Assembly (NCBI GenBank): GCA_963695345.1
Contig: OY968769.1
Location: 1,280,001-1,344,000, forward strand
Direction of reading: 5' to 3'
Source of the DNA: an uncultured Methanomassiliicoccales archaeon
Lineage (GTDB): Archaea; Thermoplasmatota; Thermoplasmata; Methanomassiliicoccales; UBA472
DNA length: 64,000 nt
Each line of letters starts with the position of its first letter. Position 1 is the stretch's first letter. This document shows, piece by piece, positions 10,092 to 20,818 of the stretch. Both the position numbers and the translations under genes were made by a program. The notes under the pieces are model-generated. The model searched no databases and was not told the DNA's origin. It worked only from the letters and a program-made list of their open reading frames with translations.

Positions 10092-11117
10092 TCACACGGT
10101 ATCCAGTATCGTAGCCCTCGGCGCCAGCCTGCTCAATCCTTTGATATTCCCCACGCCCGAGCATCCGTCGAAGGAGATGCTTGTTAGTTTCTTAGGGTTG
10201 AACAGGAAACCCACCGCATATTGCGGACCGATCGTTCCGTCGCCGTTAACGAAACCGGCAGGCTTCTGTCCATTATAGGATGCGACACAATTGGTGAACA
10301 GCACTCCAGACGCCGATGGGTAATACTCCATGTGGAAACCGGATTCCAGATTGTAGTTGGCCGTGCATCTGGTGAGCAGTATGTTCGAAACACTACCGCT
10401 TTCACACACATCGAACCCGGTCGCCCATTTGTTGAAACGGGTGGAATAGTATCCACAATAGTTGGCAGAGCAGTCGGTGAATTTGACATTTGCCTTCAGA
10501 CCGTTGCCCGTTAGTAAGAACCCGAATCCATCCACCCCTTCTGCGCGGCAGTATGTGAATGTCACACCAGTTATCTTGTAGGGGCTGAACGCGATCAAAC
10601 CAAAGGCATAGTCGTTACCGTGGCAACGGTAGGCGGTCACGTGATCGATCGTTATTGCGGAAACGTCCGAACGTGAGGCCAAGACCTCTATGCTGCCATA
10701 CCCTGTCATCCTGAATTTGCTGAACGTCACTCCATTCTTGTTATACACAACGAATTGCTCGGCGGCCGCAGATGCATCGTTGAAATTGAGCACAGTGCCT
10801 GTGGGTCCGTCACCGTCGCCGATCAGTTTGACGCCGGCGGCAGTGTAGATGGCCGTGCTTACGATATAGTTGCCCGCGGGCACATATGTGACCTTGTTCG
10901 CCTGGCCCATGGTCCAAGTAAGGGCCTTGCCGAAGTTAGTTCCGGTATAGACAACGGCACCGGTCGAGCTATAGACCTTCGAGCCGACGATCTTATAATT
11001 ATAGGTCGGGGCGGCCTCGGAGACCTGCAAGCTTACGGATAGCAATGAAATGACGATTACTATGGACCCTAGCATTATGCCATAGTTCTTCAGTCGGCGC
11101 TTGTCGAGGAATCTCAT
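10092..11117 (-). CDS. Secreted right-handed parallel beta-helix (pectate-lyase-like) protein
   Basis: Signal-like segment ending VSEAA, YVPAGNY...GVKLIGDG, repeated F..C.A.Y.G turns. Confidence 0.8.
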   Translation of the reverse strand: MRFLDKRRLKNYGIMLGSIVIVISLLSVSLQVSEAAPTYNYKIVGSKVYSSTGAVVYTGTNFGKALTWTMGQANKVTYVPAGNYIVSTAIYTAAGVKLIGDGDGPTGTVLNFNDASAAAEQFVVYNKNGVTFSKFRMTGYGSIEVLASRSDVSAITIDHVTAYRCHGNDYAFGLIAFSPYKITGVTFTYCRAEGVDGFGFLLTGNGLKANVKFTDCSANYCGYYSTRFNKWATGFDVCESGSVSNILLTRCTANYNLESGFHMEYYPSASGVLFTNCVASYNGQKPAGFVNGDGTIGPQYAVGFLFNPKKLTSISFDGCSGVGNIKGLSRLAPRATILDTV

Positions 11118-11871
11118 GCGAAACAACCTCTCGTTATTCCAGACCCAGCTCCCGTGTCGCCTTTTTTCATTGCCTGATCGCCGATCTTCCAGGCATTGTC
11201 CCTCGATTTGTTCGAGATACAATTTAAAACGGTAAGATCAACCGTCATTGTGGGTTCTACCGCTACCGGGAAGGCCATCGAAACGCCCTTTCCTTGCTTG
11301 TCATCTTTCCATGAATATCTCATTCTCATGCTTGTTCAGCTCCTCTATTTCGATACGTTGCACTAGTGCAGACTGAATTGAGACAGGTACCACAGCGATT
11401 GGATCTTTGTAGGCCATGCCTCATTTGTAGACGGCCGGAAGAAACGCCTATTGCGCATACAGCCTGAACATCTGGAATCAAAAATGGATCCTTAGATGTT
11501 ATTTTGCAACCTAGCCGACGGAGTTACCGTTCCGACGACAGTGCGAACAATGCTCCTGACCGGAGCTCTTCCGTTTTGCCCGCTCATGATTAGACAATTC
11601 CTTTATCGAATATAAACAAAATTATATAGAAAATACTAATCTTAATAACAACTGAATAGCATTTTGTTCTTGAAAATATGCTTTTTATCGATATTAATTT
11701 AACAAACGAAATGCCTAACTTTTTTTATACGTTCCTTTGCCCGAACCATTGATCGACCACAACCGAACCTCTAACTTTGTCACAACTGTGATAATGTGAG
11801 CCGCTGTCTGAGGTTATTTTCACGGACGGCGGAAGGATCGGCTTATTTGCTTCAATCGGATAAAATGAGAG

Positions 11872-11943
11872 TGCGGCCACCGGGATTCGAACCCGAGTTC
11901 GAAGCTTGGGAAGCTTCAGTCCTAACCACTAGACTATGGCCGC
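11872..11943 (-). tRNA. tRNA-Gly(CCC)
   Basis: GCGGCCA/TGGCCGC acceptor stem, anticodon arm GAAGC-TTCCCAA-GCTTC, TTCGAAT T-loop. No intron and no encoded CCA. Confidence 0.97.
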
Positions 11944-12059
11944 CTGTGCGCTACTGAATCCTGAACAATGTCTTAAATCTTTTCGGCCTGAGAAATAGCC
12001 AGCGTTTGCCGGAAGATGGCCCCAGTAGGGCCAAATGATTCGTTCGAGGAAATAAGCCA

Positions 12060-12335
12060 TCACTTCTGAGCGGCGGCCAGCAGGTTCTCCAGTTCGGTGA
12101 TGATACGATAGATGATGGTCCTGCCATGCATAGGTATGTTCGGGTCGTTCGCCAGATCATCCAGTTTTCCTATCGCTCCGGCCACCCGGACATCCAAGGC
12201 CACATTCTGTTCCAGCTTCGATTTTGCCTCGGTGGCCCCGCGCCTTATGTTCCGAGGGACCGATGTATCCTCGGCCAGCTGGTCCAGTACTTCCAAAATT
12301 TGACCCATCTTTTGCTTGACATCAACCACTACCAT
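12060..12335 (-). CDS. UPF0147 family protein
   Basis: D.SVPRNIRR.A...DPNIP.H.RT signature. Confidence 0.9.
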   Translation of the reverse strand: MVVVDVKQKMGQILEVLDQLAEDTSVPRNIRRGATEAKSKLEQNVALDVRVAGAIGKLDDLANDPNIPMHGRTIIYRIITELENLLAAAQK

Positions 12336-12371
12336 ATTAACACCTCTTGAGACTAATTTTCATCATGAAGC

Positions 12372-12713
12372 CTATCTGCTCGGCTCCTGTGCTTCAGATA
12401 TGATCTTTCCCCTTTCCTTGAAGGTCGTGACAACCATCAGCGTCTTCGTGTCCTTCACGCCATCGATGTTCGAGATCTCATCCACTAAGAACCGCTTAAG
12501 CTGATTGTAATTGTGGAATTTGGTCTTTACAACGATGTCAGTATCACCGGTGACCAGGAAGACATCTTCGACAAGTGCGTATGTGGCCACTTTCTCCGCG
12601 ATCGTATCGGCGGCCTTGGTGTCGACCTTGAGGTTAATAATCGCAGTAACCTGCTCCTCCCCGTAGTAAGAGGACATTACCGTATCAATCTCATTACCTT
12701 CCTTTTGTTGCAC
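12372..12713 (-). CDS. Stand-alone Lrp/AsnC ligand-binding (RAM) domain protein
   Basis: VEDVFLVTGDTDIVVK...I..I.GV..T.T pattern, no HTH. GGAGG SD upstream of the GTG. Confidence 0.85.
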   Translation of the reverse strand: MQQKEGNEIDTVMSSYYGEEQVTAIINLKVDTKAADTIAEKVATYALVEDVFLVTGDTDIVVKTKFHNYNQLKRFLVDEISNIDGVKDTKTLMVVTTFKERGKIISEAQEPSR

Positions 12714-12800
12714 CTGAACCCCTCCTTTTGGATGGAGCCCAAGTTATCCAGAAGCATCTGCCTCTAGAAGACCGTGGCCCGCTTTCTTGGCCTGGCACGC

Positions 12801-12968
12801 TCAGATGGAGGTCTCGAATTCCTCTTGAAGGTCGATGATGACCTGCTCGAGGACTTCCTCTAGGTTAGAACTTTGGTACTCCCTGAGGCCACCAAGGTCG
12901 CTTTGTACACGGGCAATGTAAGTATTATTGTTCTTAAGGAACTCGACGTTGCAAAGTGACTCTTCCAT
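12801..12968 (-). CDS. Small acidic hypothetical protein (55 aa)
   Basis: Below the ORF-track cutoff: MEESLCNVEFLKNNNTYIARVQSDLGGLREYQSSNLEEVLEQVIIDLQEEFETSI. GGGGTG SD-like sequence upstream. Confidence 0.7.
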   Translation of the reverse strand: MEESLCNVEFLKNNNTYIARVQSDLGGLREYQSSNLEEVLEQVIIDLQEEFETSI

Positions 12969-13192
12969 TTACGCACACCCCTAGCCAACAATCTGCGAGT
13001 GTTGATGACAACCACCAATAATAGGTCTATTACTTAATGCTTTGCGAGGTCTATCGATATATTACAAAACGTACCCAGATACACAAGTCAAATACCCTAA
13101 AAAGGTTACAATCATAAAAAATCGGCTTGTAATTAGCGATTTTTCAGTCAGCTCGACAATCGTCCCTCGTAATCTCATCACCATCATCAAGT

Positions 13193-13630
13193 CTATAGTG
13201 TCTTTTCCATGTAGAACGCATCCTCTCCCTTGGAATAATAGTCAGGAATGGTCCCCCGTATCCGGTAACCCTCCTTCAGGTAGAGGTTGACGGCCGCGAC
13301 ATTGGTGACGCGCACTTCCAGGGTGACAGTGGACGATTTCAATGTCCTTGCGTGGTATTCGATCTCCACCATCAGTCGGCGGGCAATTCCCTTTCCTCGG
13401 TTTCTATGCTCCACAGCCAGCGAGAGAACGCGGCTCTTGATGCCCGGTTCGGAATAGGTGGCGGAATAGCCCACCACGACCCCTTCGATCTCGCAGACCA
13501 AGGTCTCGAACTCCTCCTCATTCACGAACATCTCCAGGAGGTCTCTGCTGAATCTTTCTTCCCGGAAGGATTCCATTTCTATGCGCATCAGGTCGTCCAG
13601 GTCCTTCAGGTTCGCTTCTCTGATGTGCAT
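13193..13630 (-). CDS. rimI: RimI-like GNAT N-acetyltransferase
   Basis: LAV...RGKGIA, LEVRVTN.AA..LY...GY, YY..GEDA..M motifs. Confidence 0.9.
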   Translation of the reverse strand: MHIREANLKDLDDLMRIEMESFREERFSRDLLEMFVNEEEFETLVCEIEGVVVGYSATYSEPGIKSRVLSLAVEHRNRGKGIARRLMVEIEYHARTLKSSTVTLEVRVTNVAAVNLYLKEGYRIRGTIPDYYSKGEDAFYMEKTL

Positions 13631-13727
13631 GACGTTCCATCCTGACAACGAATATTAATAAGATGTGGCCAGGTCTACCGAAATCAAAAGATAGTAGAGT
13701 GCCATTTGTAACACCGGTGGGTATTCC

Positions 13728-15027
13728 ATGTGTTCCCCGGTGCCAATAAAACAACTACTGGACTCTCCGATTGCCGGGACAGAGACAGCCGTAAGGGGAT
13801 GGATATACCGGACCAGGAGCAGCGGCAAGATCGTCTTTGCCGTGGTAAGGGACTCAACCGGCATCATCCAGGTGACTGTCAAGAAAGGGGCCTTGCCGGA
13901 CGAGGATTTTGACCAGGCGGTCGCCTCCGCCATCGAATCATCGGTTATCATCAAGGGGATGCTGGCAGAGGACAAGCGAGCCCCTGGCGGATATGAGATC
14001 AGGGCCACCGGGTTCAGAACGGTCGGGCCATCCCAACCTTTCCCCATCACCGAGTACCAGAGCGAGGAGCTCCTGCTGGACAACCGGCACCTGTGGATTA
14101 GGTCCCGGGAACAGAACGCGGTCATGAAGATCAAGGGGAGCGCCATGAAAGGGGCCCGCGAATGGCTGGACGACCAGGGCTTCACCGAGGTCACGCCGCC
14201 GATCTTCACCCAGAACGCCTGCGAGGGCGGGGTCACCTTATTCAAATTGAAGTACTTCGACCGAGAGGCATATCTGAGCCAGAGCGCCCAGATGTACCTG
14301 GAGGCGCTCATCTATTCTCTGGAGAAGGTCTATTCCATCACTCCCTCCTTCCGCGCTGAGAAATCCCGGACCACCAGACATCTGACCGAATACTGGCATC
14401 TCGAGCTCGAGGAGGCCTGGACGGACAATGCCGGGAACATGAAGATCCAGGAAGAGCTGGTGTCGGCGATGATAGCCAAGATCGTGGAGGAGAGGAAGGA
14501 CGACCTGAAGCTGGTCGGAAGGGACATCGAGCAGCTCAGGAAGATCGTTCCCCCGTTCAACCGGGTCACCTACGCCGAGACCATCGAGAGGCTGAAACAG
14601 AAGGATTTCAAGATCGAGTGGGGTCAAGACCTGGGGGCTGCCGGAGGAAAGGGCGGTGACGGCCGATGAGTCCCTGCCCACCTTCATCACCAACTTCCCC
14701 AAGGAATGCAAGGCGTTCTACATGAAGGAGGACCCGGACGACCCGCGCACATACAAGTGCGCGGACCTGCTGGCCCCAGAAGGGTACGGGGAGATCATCG
14801 GAGGATCGGAAAGGGAGACGGACCTGGCAAAGATAATGGAACGGCTGGAGTCCCAGTGCGTTCCGGTGGATTCGTACCGATGGTACCTGGACCTCAGGAA
14901 ATACGGCTCCGTGCCGCATTCCGGGTTCGGGCTCGGGGTGGAGCGCATAGTGCGCTGGGTGTGCAAGCTGGAACACATCCGGGACGCCATCCCCTTCCCC
15001 CGCACGGTCTCCCGTGTCTATCCCTGA
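13728..15027 (+). CDS. asnS: Asparagine--tRNA ligase (one frameshift near 14643)
   Basis: OB-fold, YLSQSAQ.YLEA, FRAEKSRT.RHLTEYW, YGSVPHSGFGLGVER. Split over ORFs 13728-14669 and 14656-15027. Confidence 0.93.
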
Positions 15028-16076
15028 GCCAGTTTCTTGGCCAGGTGAATATACAGCTGGACCGCTTCATCCAGCTGGGTCATCTCCACGAACTCGTCGG
15101 CGGTGTGGGCCACGTCGGTGTCGCCCGGTCCGCAGATCAGTATGTTGGGATTGACCTTGGCATAGACCGCAGCCTCCGTTGCGTAGGGCACCGCCATCGG
15201 TTCCTGCCTCAGATAGGCGGTCGCCACCTTTACCAAGGCCGATTCCGGATCGGTCCCGAACGCCGGGAACTCATGGAGCAGGGTAAGATCGCAATCCTCG
15301 CCTTTCAGTGTCGCCATGATCGAAGCGAATACCTCATGGGCGTTCATCGACGCGGGAAAGCGCACATCCAGATCGACTTCGCATTCGTCCGGTATGACAT
15401 TGTACATGTCACCGCCCTTGATGGTGGTGGCGTTCATGGTCAGGCCTTCGGCCGCCTCCCGGCCCTCCGCGTTGAGCGCCCCCAGTTTATCCAGCAACCG
15501 TGACATGGTCATTATGCCGTTCTCCCCCAGCCATGGCATGCTGGCATGGCAGGCCTTGCCGTAGGCTTTCAACCCGACCCTTGCCACCCCCTTCTCCTTG
15601 TACACCGGGCGCATGTTGGTCGGTTCGCCTATGACTATGGCCCGGGCGTTCTTGGCGCCATGGGTGCGTATGAGCGCGTTCGCCCCGGTCATCATATCCT
15701 CTTCGTCAGTGGTGAATAGGAGATAGCAGTCCAGGTCGTCGGCCATGAGCGCCTTGGCCGCATGCAGCATGGCCGCGCATCCGCCCTTCATATCCGCCGA
15801 TCCCCGGCCGAACACCTTGCCGTCCGACATCTCGCCCTGGTCCTTCGTCCAGCGGTCCCCGATCGGTACCGTGTCCAGATGTCCGGACAGGGCCACTCCT
15901 CGGAAACCGTTGTAGGCGCACAGCGCTGGGCAGCGTTTGTCCCCGACTATGTCCACCTCCATGCCAAGATCCTTGAGCCAGTCGGACGCATACTTGACTA
16001 TCTCGTCCTTGTTCTCCCTTCCCTCGCTCCCGATCAGGATCATATCGATAAGTGTCTCAACGACGCCTTCTGCCAA
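15018..16076 (-). CDS. M20 family metallo-hydrolase (ArgE/DapE-like)
   Basis: GHLDTVP, GRGSADMKG, DEE, GEPT, AH..DE motifs. Confidence 0.9.
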   Translation of the reverse strand: MAEGVVETLIDMILIGSEGRENKDEIVKYASDWLKDLGMEVDIVGDKRCPALCAYNGFRGVALSGHLDTVPIGDRWTKDQGEMSDGKVFGRGSADMKGGCAAMLHAAKALMADDLDCYLLFTTDEEDMMTGANALIRTHGAKNARAIVIGEPTNMRPVYKEKGVARVGLKAYGKACHASMPWLGENGIMTMSRLLDKLGALNAEGREAAEGLTMNATTIKGGDMYNVIPDECEVDLDVRFPASMNAHEVFASIMATLKGEDCDLTLLHEFPAFGTDPESALVKVATAYLRQEPMAVPYATEAAVYAKVNPNILICGPGDTDVAHTADEFVEMTQLDEAVQLYIHLAKKLAQG

Positions 16077-16080
16077 ATGC

Positions 16081-17263
16081 TCACTTCCTTACGAACGGCG
16101 GAATTACCACATGTACGGGCACCTGCATATCTCTTATGGCGACAATAAGGTCGGTGCCGGGCGTGGTAAGCTCCGGCAATACGTAGCCGAGAGCAATTCC
16201 TTTCTTCAGACAAGGAGACAGCGTCCCGCTGGTGATATGGCCGATTTCCTTGCCGTCCTTCAGCAGGACGTATCCGTGCCTGGGAATGCCGCGGCCGTCG
16301 AGGACCAGCGCAACCAGGCGCGGAAGGGACATGCCAGCATCTCTGACGCAAGGCTTCCCTTCCGATAAACTCGTGTTCCCACTTGACCGCCCATGCCGGG
16401 CCGGTCTGAACCGTGCTCTGGCTCCCATCGAAGTCCGTCCCGGAGAGCAAATAGCCCATCTCCAGCCTCAAGCTGTCCCTCGCACCCAGCCCGGCCGGGA
16501 CCAAGCCGCTCCTCCCGCCGACGCTGATGATGAGGTTCCAGACCGCCATTGCGACCCGGGAATCGCACAGCACCTCGAACCCGTCCTCCCCGGTGTATCC
16601 AGTGCGGGATAGCATGACCCTGCTCCCCAACGGGCCGCCTGGCCAGACCCCGGCTGTGTCCGGGTCCTTACCGACCTCCCCGTCCGACAGCGGCGATGGC
16701 CGCAACCCGGTGACGATATCCCCCGGTTGGCCATCGATCTCAAGGGACGTCATTACAAAATGGAACCGTTTGATCGTAGAGAGGTCAAGGCCGGTGAGTC
16801 TCTGCATCAGGGCTGTTGCTTCCGGCCCCTGGACGGCAAAGCAGGCGATTTCCTCCGTCACGTCCAGCACTTCCTGTCCCGTCCGTTTTCCCTGGATCCA
16901 TCGGAGCACGGTCCCGGTCATCGAGGCGTTGGGGACCATCAGGTAGCCGTCCTCAGCGATGCGATAGACGATCGTGTCGTCGATTATCTTCCCATCATCG
17001 TTGAGGATATGGCCGTAGATGCCTTTTCCCACTTCCATTCCTGCCGGGTCGTTGGTGATCAGCCGACCGATCAGCAAACCCGCTCCTTCACCGCGGATGA
17101 CGATGTCCCCCATGTGGGAAACGTCGAAGATCCCGGCGCTCCTGCGCACGCTGATGTGCTCGTTGGCTATACCAGTGTACTGCAGCGGCATCTCCCATCC
17201 TCCGAAGTCGATCATCCGCGCCCCGGACGAGACATGCCAGTCATACAAAGGGGTCCTCTTCAT
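16081..17263 (-). CDS. gcvT: Glycine cleavage aminomethyltransferase T (one frameshift near 16345)
   Basis: F.GWEMP..Y, FDVSHMG, RTGYTGEDGFE, GLGARDSLRLE. The C-terminus GIPRHGY...TSGT.SP is in a second frame. Confidence 0.92.
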
Positions 17264-17305
17264 GACCTGAAGAAGCTACTCGCGTGTAGAATACGTTTGC
17301 CCCGG

Positions 17306-18472
17306 TCACTCGGTGGTGAGCATCTTTTCCAGCATTTCCTTCAGGACCTTGGTCGGCACGTCCGGGATGGAGATGTAGGTCGTCCTTCCCCCGGCCGCGT
17401 CACCCGAGACCTTGGTCTGCACAATGCCTTCGTTGGCTATGCCTTGGATGTAGGCCCAGAACTGGGTGTGGGCGCGGGGCTTCTCCCCATATTCCTCCGC
17501 CACCACTTTGTACACCTTTTCGGCGTCGCCGGTGGTGACGTAGGCTTCGTCCCGCATCGCCCGGGCGACAGCCAGAAGCACTATCTTGCGCTGCCGGTCG
17601 AGCTGGTCCACCTTGCTCTCCGTGACAATGGAATAGGTCAGTGCCTTGGCGGCACGGACGTGCTCCGGGGCGACAGCCGGGGCGATCTCTTCCTCGGCCA
17701 TCATGCCGGCCCGGTCCAGGAGTTCAATGGCGAAACGGGCGTCGCCCCATTCCGAGGCGATGTCCGCGACCAGGTCGATCGAGTCCCGCCTGACCATACC
17801 CTGATGGAACGCCAGTTCCACTCTGTTGGCGACTATATCGCGCAGTTCCTCGGCATTGTATCTGTCGAACTGGATCGCATTGGCCCGGCGAAACGTGGAA
17901 AAGGCCGCCGGGTCCAGGAGGTCCAGCACATACTTCTGCGAGACCAGGATCAATGAGAGGGACGGTCTTGCCCCGACCGTCTCCTCGTCGAACCGGGAAA
18001 GCTGATAGATCAGGTCGCTGGCCCCCTTCCGGATCAGGATGTCTGCCTCATCAAGCACCACCACCAGGTGCATCTTGTTCTTTTCCAGGTGCTTCCGGAT
18101 GGCCCGCAGCATCTCCGCGATGCTGAATCCCCGATCGGGGTAATGCTCATCGAAATGGGTAACCAGACGTTGCAGCACCGCGCTCTCTGAATTGCGTTGC
18201 CGGCAATTTATGATGATATAGTCTATGACCCGCCCCTGCTCCCCCGCCTGCCGCTTCAGATCGATGCAGAACCTCTTCGATGTGGCTGTCTTCCCGGTAC
18301 CTACGTTGCCGATGAGGAACGCCGTCTGGGACATGGCCCCTTCCAGCACCGGGCGGAAGATCATCCACAATTTGTCCAGCTGCCGTTCCCTGTGCACCAG
18401 TTTCTCTGGCACATAGTCGAAGGATAATTTCGATTCGTCCTTGAACAGCTTACGGGGGGCGACCTGTCTCAA
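17306..18472 (-). CDS. cdc6: Cdc6/Orc1 replication initiator AAA+ ATPase
   Basis: DYVPEKL.HRE, Walker A GNVGTGKT, Walker B VVLDEAD, GDARFAI, C-terminal wHTH. TTG start overlaps the upstream TGA. Confidence 0.93.
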   Translation of the reverse strand: MRQVAPRKLFKDESKLSFDYVPEKLVHRERQLDKLWMIFRPVLEGAMSQTAFLIGNVGTGKTATSKRFCIDLKRQAGEQGRVIDYIIINCRQRNSESAVLQRLVTHFDEHYPDRGFSIAEMLRAIRKHLEKNKMHLVVVLDEADILIRKGASDLIYQLSRFDEETVGARPSLSLILVSQKYVLDLLDPAAFSTFRRANAIQFDRYNAEELRDIVANRVELAFHQGMVRRDSIDLVADIASEWGDARFAIELLDRAGMMAEEEIAPAVAPEHVRAAKALTYSIVTESKVDQLDRQRKIVLLAVARAMRDEAYVTTGDAEKVYKVVAEEYGEKPRAHTQFWAYIQGIANEGIVQTKVSGDAAGGRTTYISIPDVPTKVLKEMLEKMLTTE

Positions 18473-19437
18473 TTTCCACTCCTCTTTATCCTGATGAAAC
18501 CGGAGCATGGGGTTATCTCGACCCCGTTCTGTTCTACCTGGTCGGCGAACAGGTTCACCCCCAGCGAATCTGAGGCCATGTGGCCGGAGATGATGATGTT
18601 GACGTGGTTCTTCCTGGCCTCTTCGATGTGGCTTTCCGGGACATGCATGCAAATGACCGTGCCGACACCTGCTTGGGCCAGCTTCTCATAGACATCCTTC
18701 GGGTAGGCGGTGCCCCCGCACATCTTGACCGATATCTTGCCCGCGTGCCGCGACCTGTCCCCCACCCACACCTCCGGTGGGTTGTTGTGGCTGATGGCGT
18801 ATCTCATCTCGGGAAGGGCTGACAGGATCCTGAGGACATCATCGACCCGTTCCGGCCTCTTCTCCTCTATCAAGTCCTGCATGAAACGCTGGACCAGTAT
18901 GTCAGTGGGCTGGTGCACGCACATCAGCGGCATGTCCAGCAGCCGGGCCGCGTCGACCTCCTGCTCGTGGTTGCTGGAAGCGATGGCGTTGTGCACCTCG
19001 CGGATGCGTGGAGAGACTATGTCCTCGGCGATGTTGATGGAGATGCCGGCCTGCCGCATCAGCGTCTCCTGGACGTGCATGACCTCGTAGAAATTTGCAT
19101 GGGCGTACCCGCGCGGGTGGTGGCCGATCACCGCGTCGATCCGTTTGCCCTTCTCCCGCAGGCGGTCGGCGAGCACCACCTCTCCGGTCCCGATGTCTAT
19201 GCCCCAGAGGACACCCTTCACCTCGGTCGCAGGGTCCCCGTGGAGGAGGCGCGAATCAGCATAGGGATTCCACAGCTGATCCCTGTCGAACAGTTCCTGG
19301 TCCTCCTGCTCCATCTTCCGGTAGCGGTCACCGACCCGCTTCAGCTCGACCTCTATCTCCTCTTTCGTTCGCAGATCGGCGTCCATCCCCATCTGGACCG
19401 CAAGCTTGTAGATGTCGATGAGCTTCATTTCAACCAT
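18469..19437 (-). CDS. NIF3/NGG1-interacting-factor-like metal-binding protein
   Basis: NPYADSR, GID, HHP, H...D and GH.ASDS.G.N metal-ligand motifs. Confidence 0.75.
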   Translation of the reverse strand: MVEMKLIDIYKLAVQMGMDADLRTKEEIEVELKRVGDRYRKMEQEDQELFDRDQLWNPYADSRLLHGDPATEVKGVLWGIDIGTGEVVLADRLREKGKRIDAVIGHHPRGYAHANFYEVMHVQETLMRQAGISINIAEDIVSPRIREVHNAIASSNHEQEVDAARLLDMPLMCVHQPTDILVQRFMQDLIEEKRPERVDDVLRILSALPEMRYAISHNNPPEVWVGDRSRHAGKISVKMCGGTAYPKDVYEKLAQAGVGTVICMHVPESHIEEARKNHVNIIISGHMASDSLGVNLFADQVEQNGVEITPCSGFIRIKRSGN

Positions 19438-19554
19438 TCAATGAAAATGTGTATGCATTAGAAATAGGTTGTTAGAATTCGGCACCGGATTTGATATCCT
19501 CAGCGATCGGATGTCTGCCATCGGACGTCGATGCCGTGCGATTCATTGAGCGAT

Positions 19555-19591
19555 AAAAAACGGATGAAAGGGATTTGGGGGCTTTCGCCCC
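19555..19591 (-). terminator. Terminator of the rpl1-rpl10-rpl12 operon
   Basis: Minus strand GGGGC-GAAA-GCCCC hairpin, then AAATCCCTTTC...TTTTTT. Confidence 0.65.
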
Positions 19592-19626
19592 GAGGTTTGA
19601 AAGCGCCTCTGAGGCACCGAGTTCGT

Positions 19627-19926
19627 TTAACCGAACAGGGCGGAGAGACCGGCTGCGGCCTCTTCCTCAGTGACTGCCGGCTCTTCCGGCTTCTCTTCCT
19701 TCTTTGCCGGGGCAGCTGCTGCTGGAGCGGCTGCGGCCGGGGCTGCGGCGATCATCGCCGAGGCGATTGCCTCGTCGATGTTGACGCCCTCGAGGGATGC
19801 GGTCAAGGCCTTGACCTTGGCTGCGTCCGCCTCGATTCCCGCGCCCTTTAGGACTGCGGAAACGCCTTCCTCTGAGATCGACTTTCCTGCTGCGTGAAGC
19901 ACCAATGCGCTGTATATGTATTCCAT
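19627..19926 (-). CDS. rpl12: 50S ribosomal protein P1 (L12)
   Basis: [11 protein letters not shown]..., Ala/Pro linker, GLSALFG end. Confidence 0.97.
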   Translation of the reverse strand: MEYIYSALVLHAAGKSISEEGVSAVLKGAGIEADAAKVKALTASLEGVNIDEAIASAMIAAAPAAAAPAAAAPAKKEEKPEEPAVTEEEAAAGLSALFG

Positions 19927-19945
19927 TTTTCTTACCTCCTTGTTC

Positions 19946-20806
19946 TTACTTCTTTTCGTGTTTCTCGGAGAGCGCTGAAACGGCTAGCATTTCGGCGTTC
20001 GCCTTTGCCAAGAGTATCTTGATGTTGTCCTTGGTCGGTATGACGGCCTTTACGCTGACTGCCATCGCTTCTCTGTACGCCTTGGCGAACAGCGGGACGA
20101 CGGTCTGCGGGGTCACATACGCGATCTTCATGCTCAAGGCCATGGCTTGCCTTGAACCCATTGACAGCATCGAGCTGTAGTAGTCTTCTGGGATGTTCAG
20201 GACGTCCCTTCCGTAGAGAACTCCACCTTCGAACGCGGCTACGAGGTTAAGGCCGACAGTCATCGGCATTATCTCGAGCTTCGGTAGGATCTTGGAGATC
20301 TCTTCAGAGATGGCATCTCCCTTCTTGACCAGGACCTTGTCCTTCTTGATGACGATCTTTCCGCCTTCGATACCGGCGGGGATGCCTGCCTTCTGCAGTT
20401 CACCGACGATCGGGCCTGGCTTGAACGGGGTGTCCCCCGCCTTGACCAGGATGTCCTCGGGCGCGATGTCACCTGGCTTTGCCGGGGCCGCGCTCTTGGT
20501 CGACTCCATCTCACGGAATAGCCTGAATGGGTTGACATCGGTGGTGACCACGGCGCACTGGGAGCTGACAGACTCTAGGAGTTTCTCCAGCCCCGGCCGG
20601 TCCTTGGCCGCTTCCTCGATCGCTATGTCGATCAAGTTGTTCCTCGACATCATGATGGACGCCTTTGCCCTGAGTCCCTGCCTCATAAGCTGAAGCTGGG
20701 CGGACGGTATGCCGTGTACGTCGACGATGGCGACCACTTTCTTGCTGGTCATCGCATTCGTCAGTTCCTGGACTTTTTCCTTCTTCCAAGCTGCGACGTG
20801 TGCCAT
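19946..20806 (-). CDS. rpl10: 50S ribosomal protein uL10 (P0)
   Basis: [18 protein letters not shown] motifs, operon position. Confidence 0.96.
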   Translation of the reverse strand: MAHVAAWKKEKVQELTNAMTSKKVVAIVDVHGIPSAQLQLMRQGLRAKASIMMSRNNLIDIAIEEAAKDRPGLEKLLESVSSQCAVVTTDVNPFRLFREMESTKSAAPAKPGDIAPEDILVKAGDTPFKPGPIVGELQKAGIPAGIEGGKIVIKKDKVLVKKGDAISEEISKILPKLEIMPMTVGLNLVAAFEGGVLYGRDVLNIPEDYYSSMLSMGSRQAMALSMKIAYVTPQTVVPLFAKAYREAMAVSVKAVIPTKDNIKILLAKANAEMLAVSALSEKHEKK

Positions 20807-20818
20807 AATCGACCCTCC

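Noticed and set aside
11580-11740. AT-rich tract as a replication origin
   Set aside because: No ORB-like repeats with G-strings are visible, and cdc6 is 5.5 kb away inside an operon.
13023-13054. AGGTCTAT direct repeat, 24 bp apart
   Set aside because: Only two 8-mers with no other support; could be chance.
14630-14670. Programmed frameshift in asnS (and in gcvT, truA and the kinase)
   Set aside because: No slippery heptamer or stimulatory structure is visible, and similar indels hit many unrelated genes in both directions. Assembly error is the simpler explanation.
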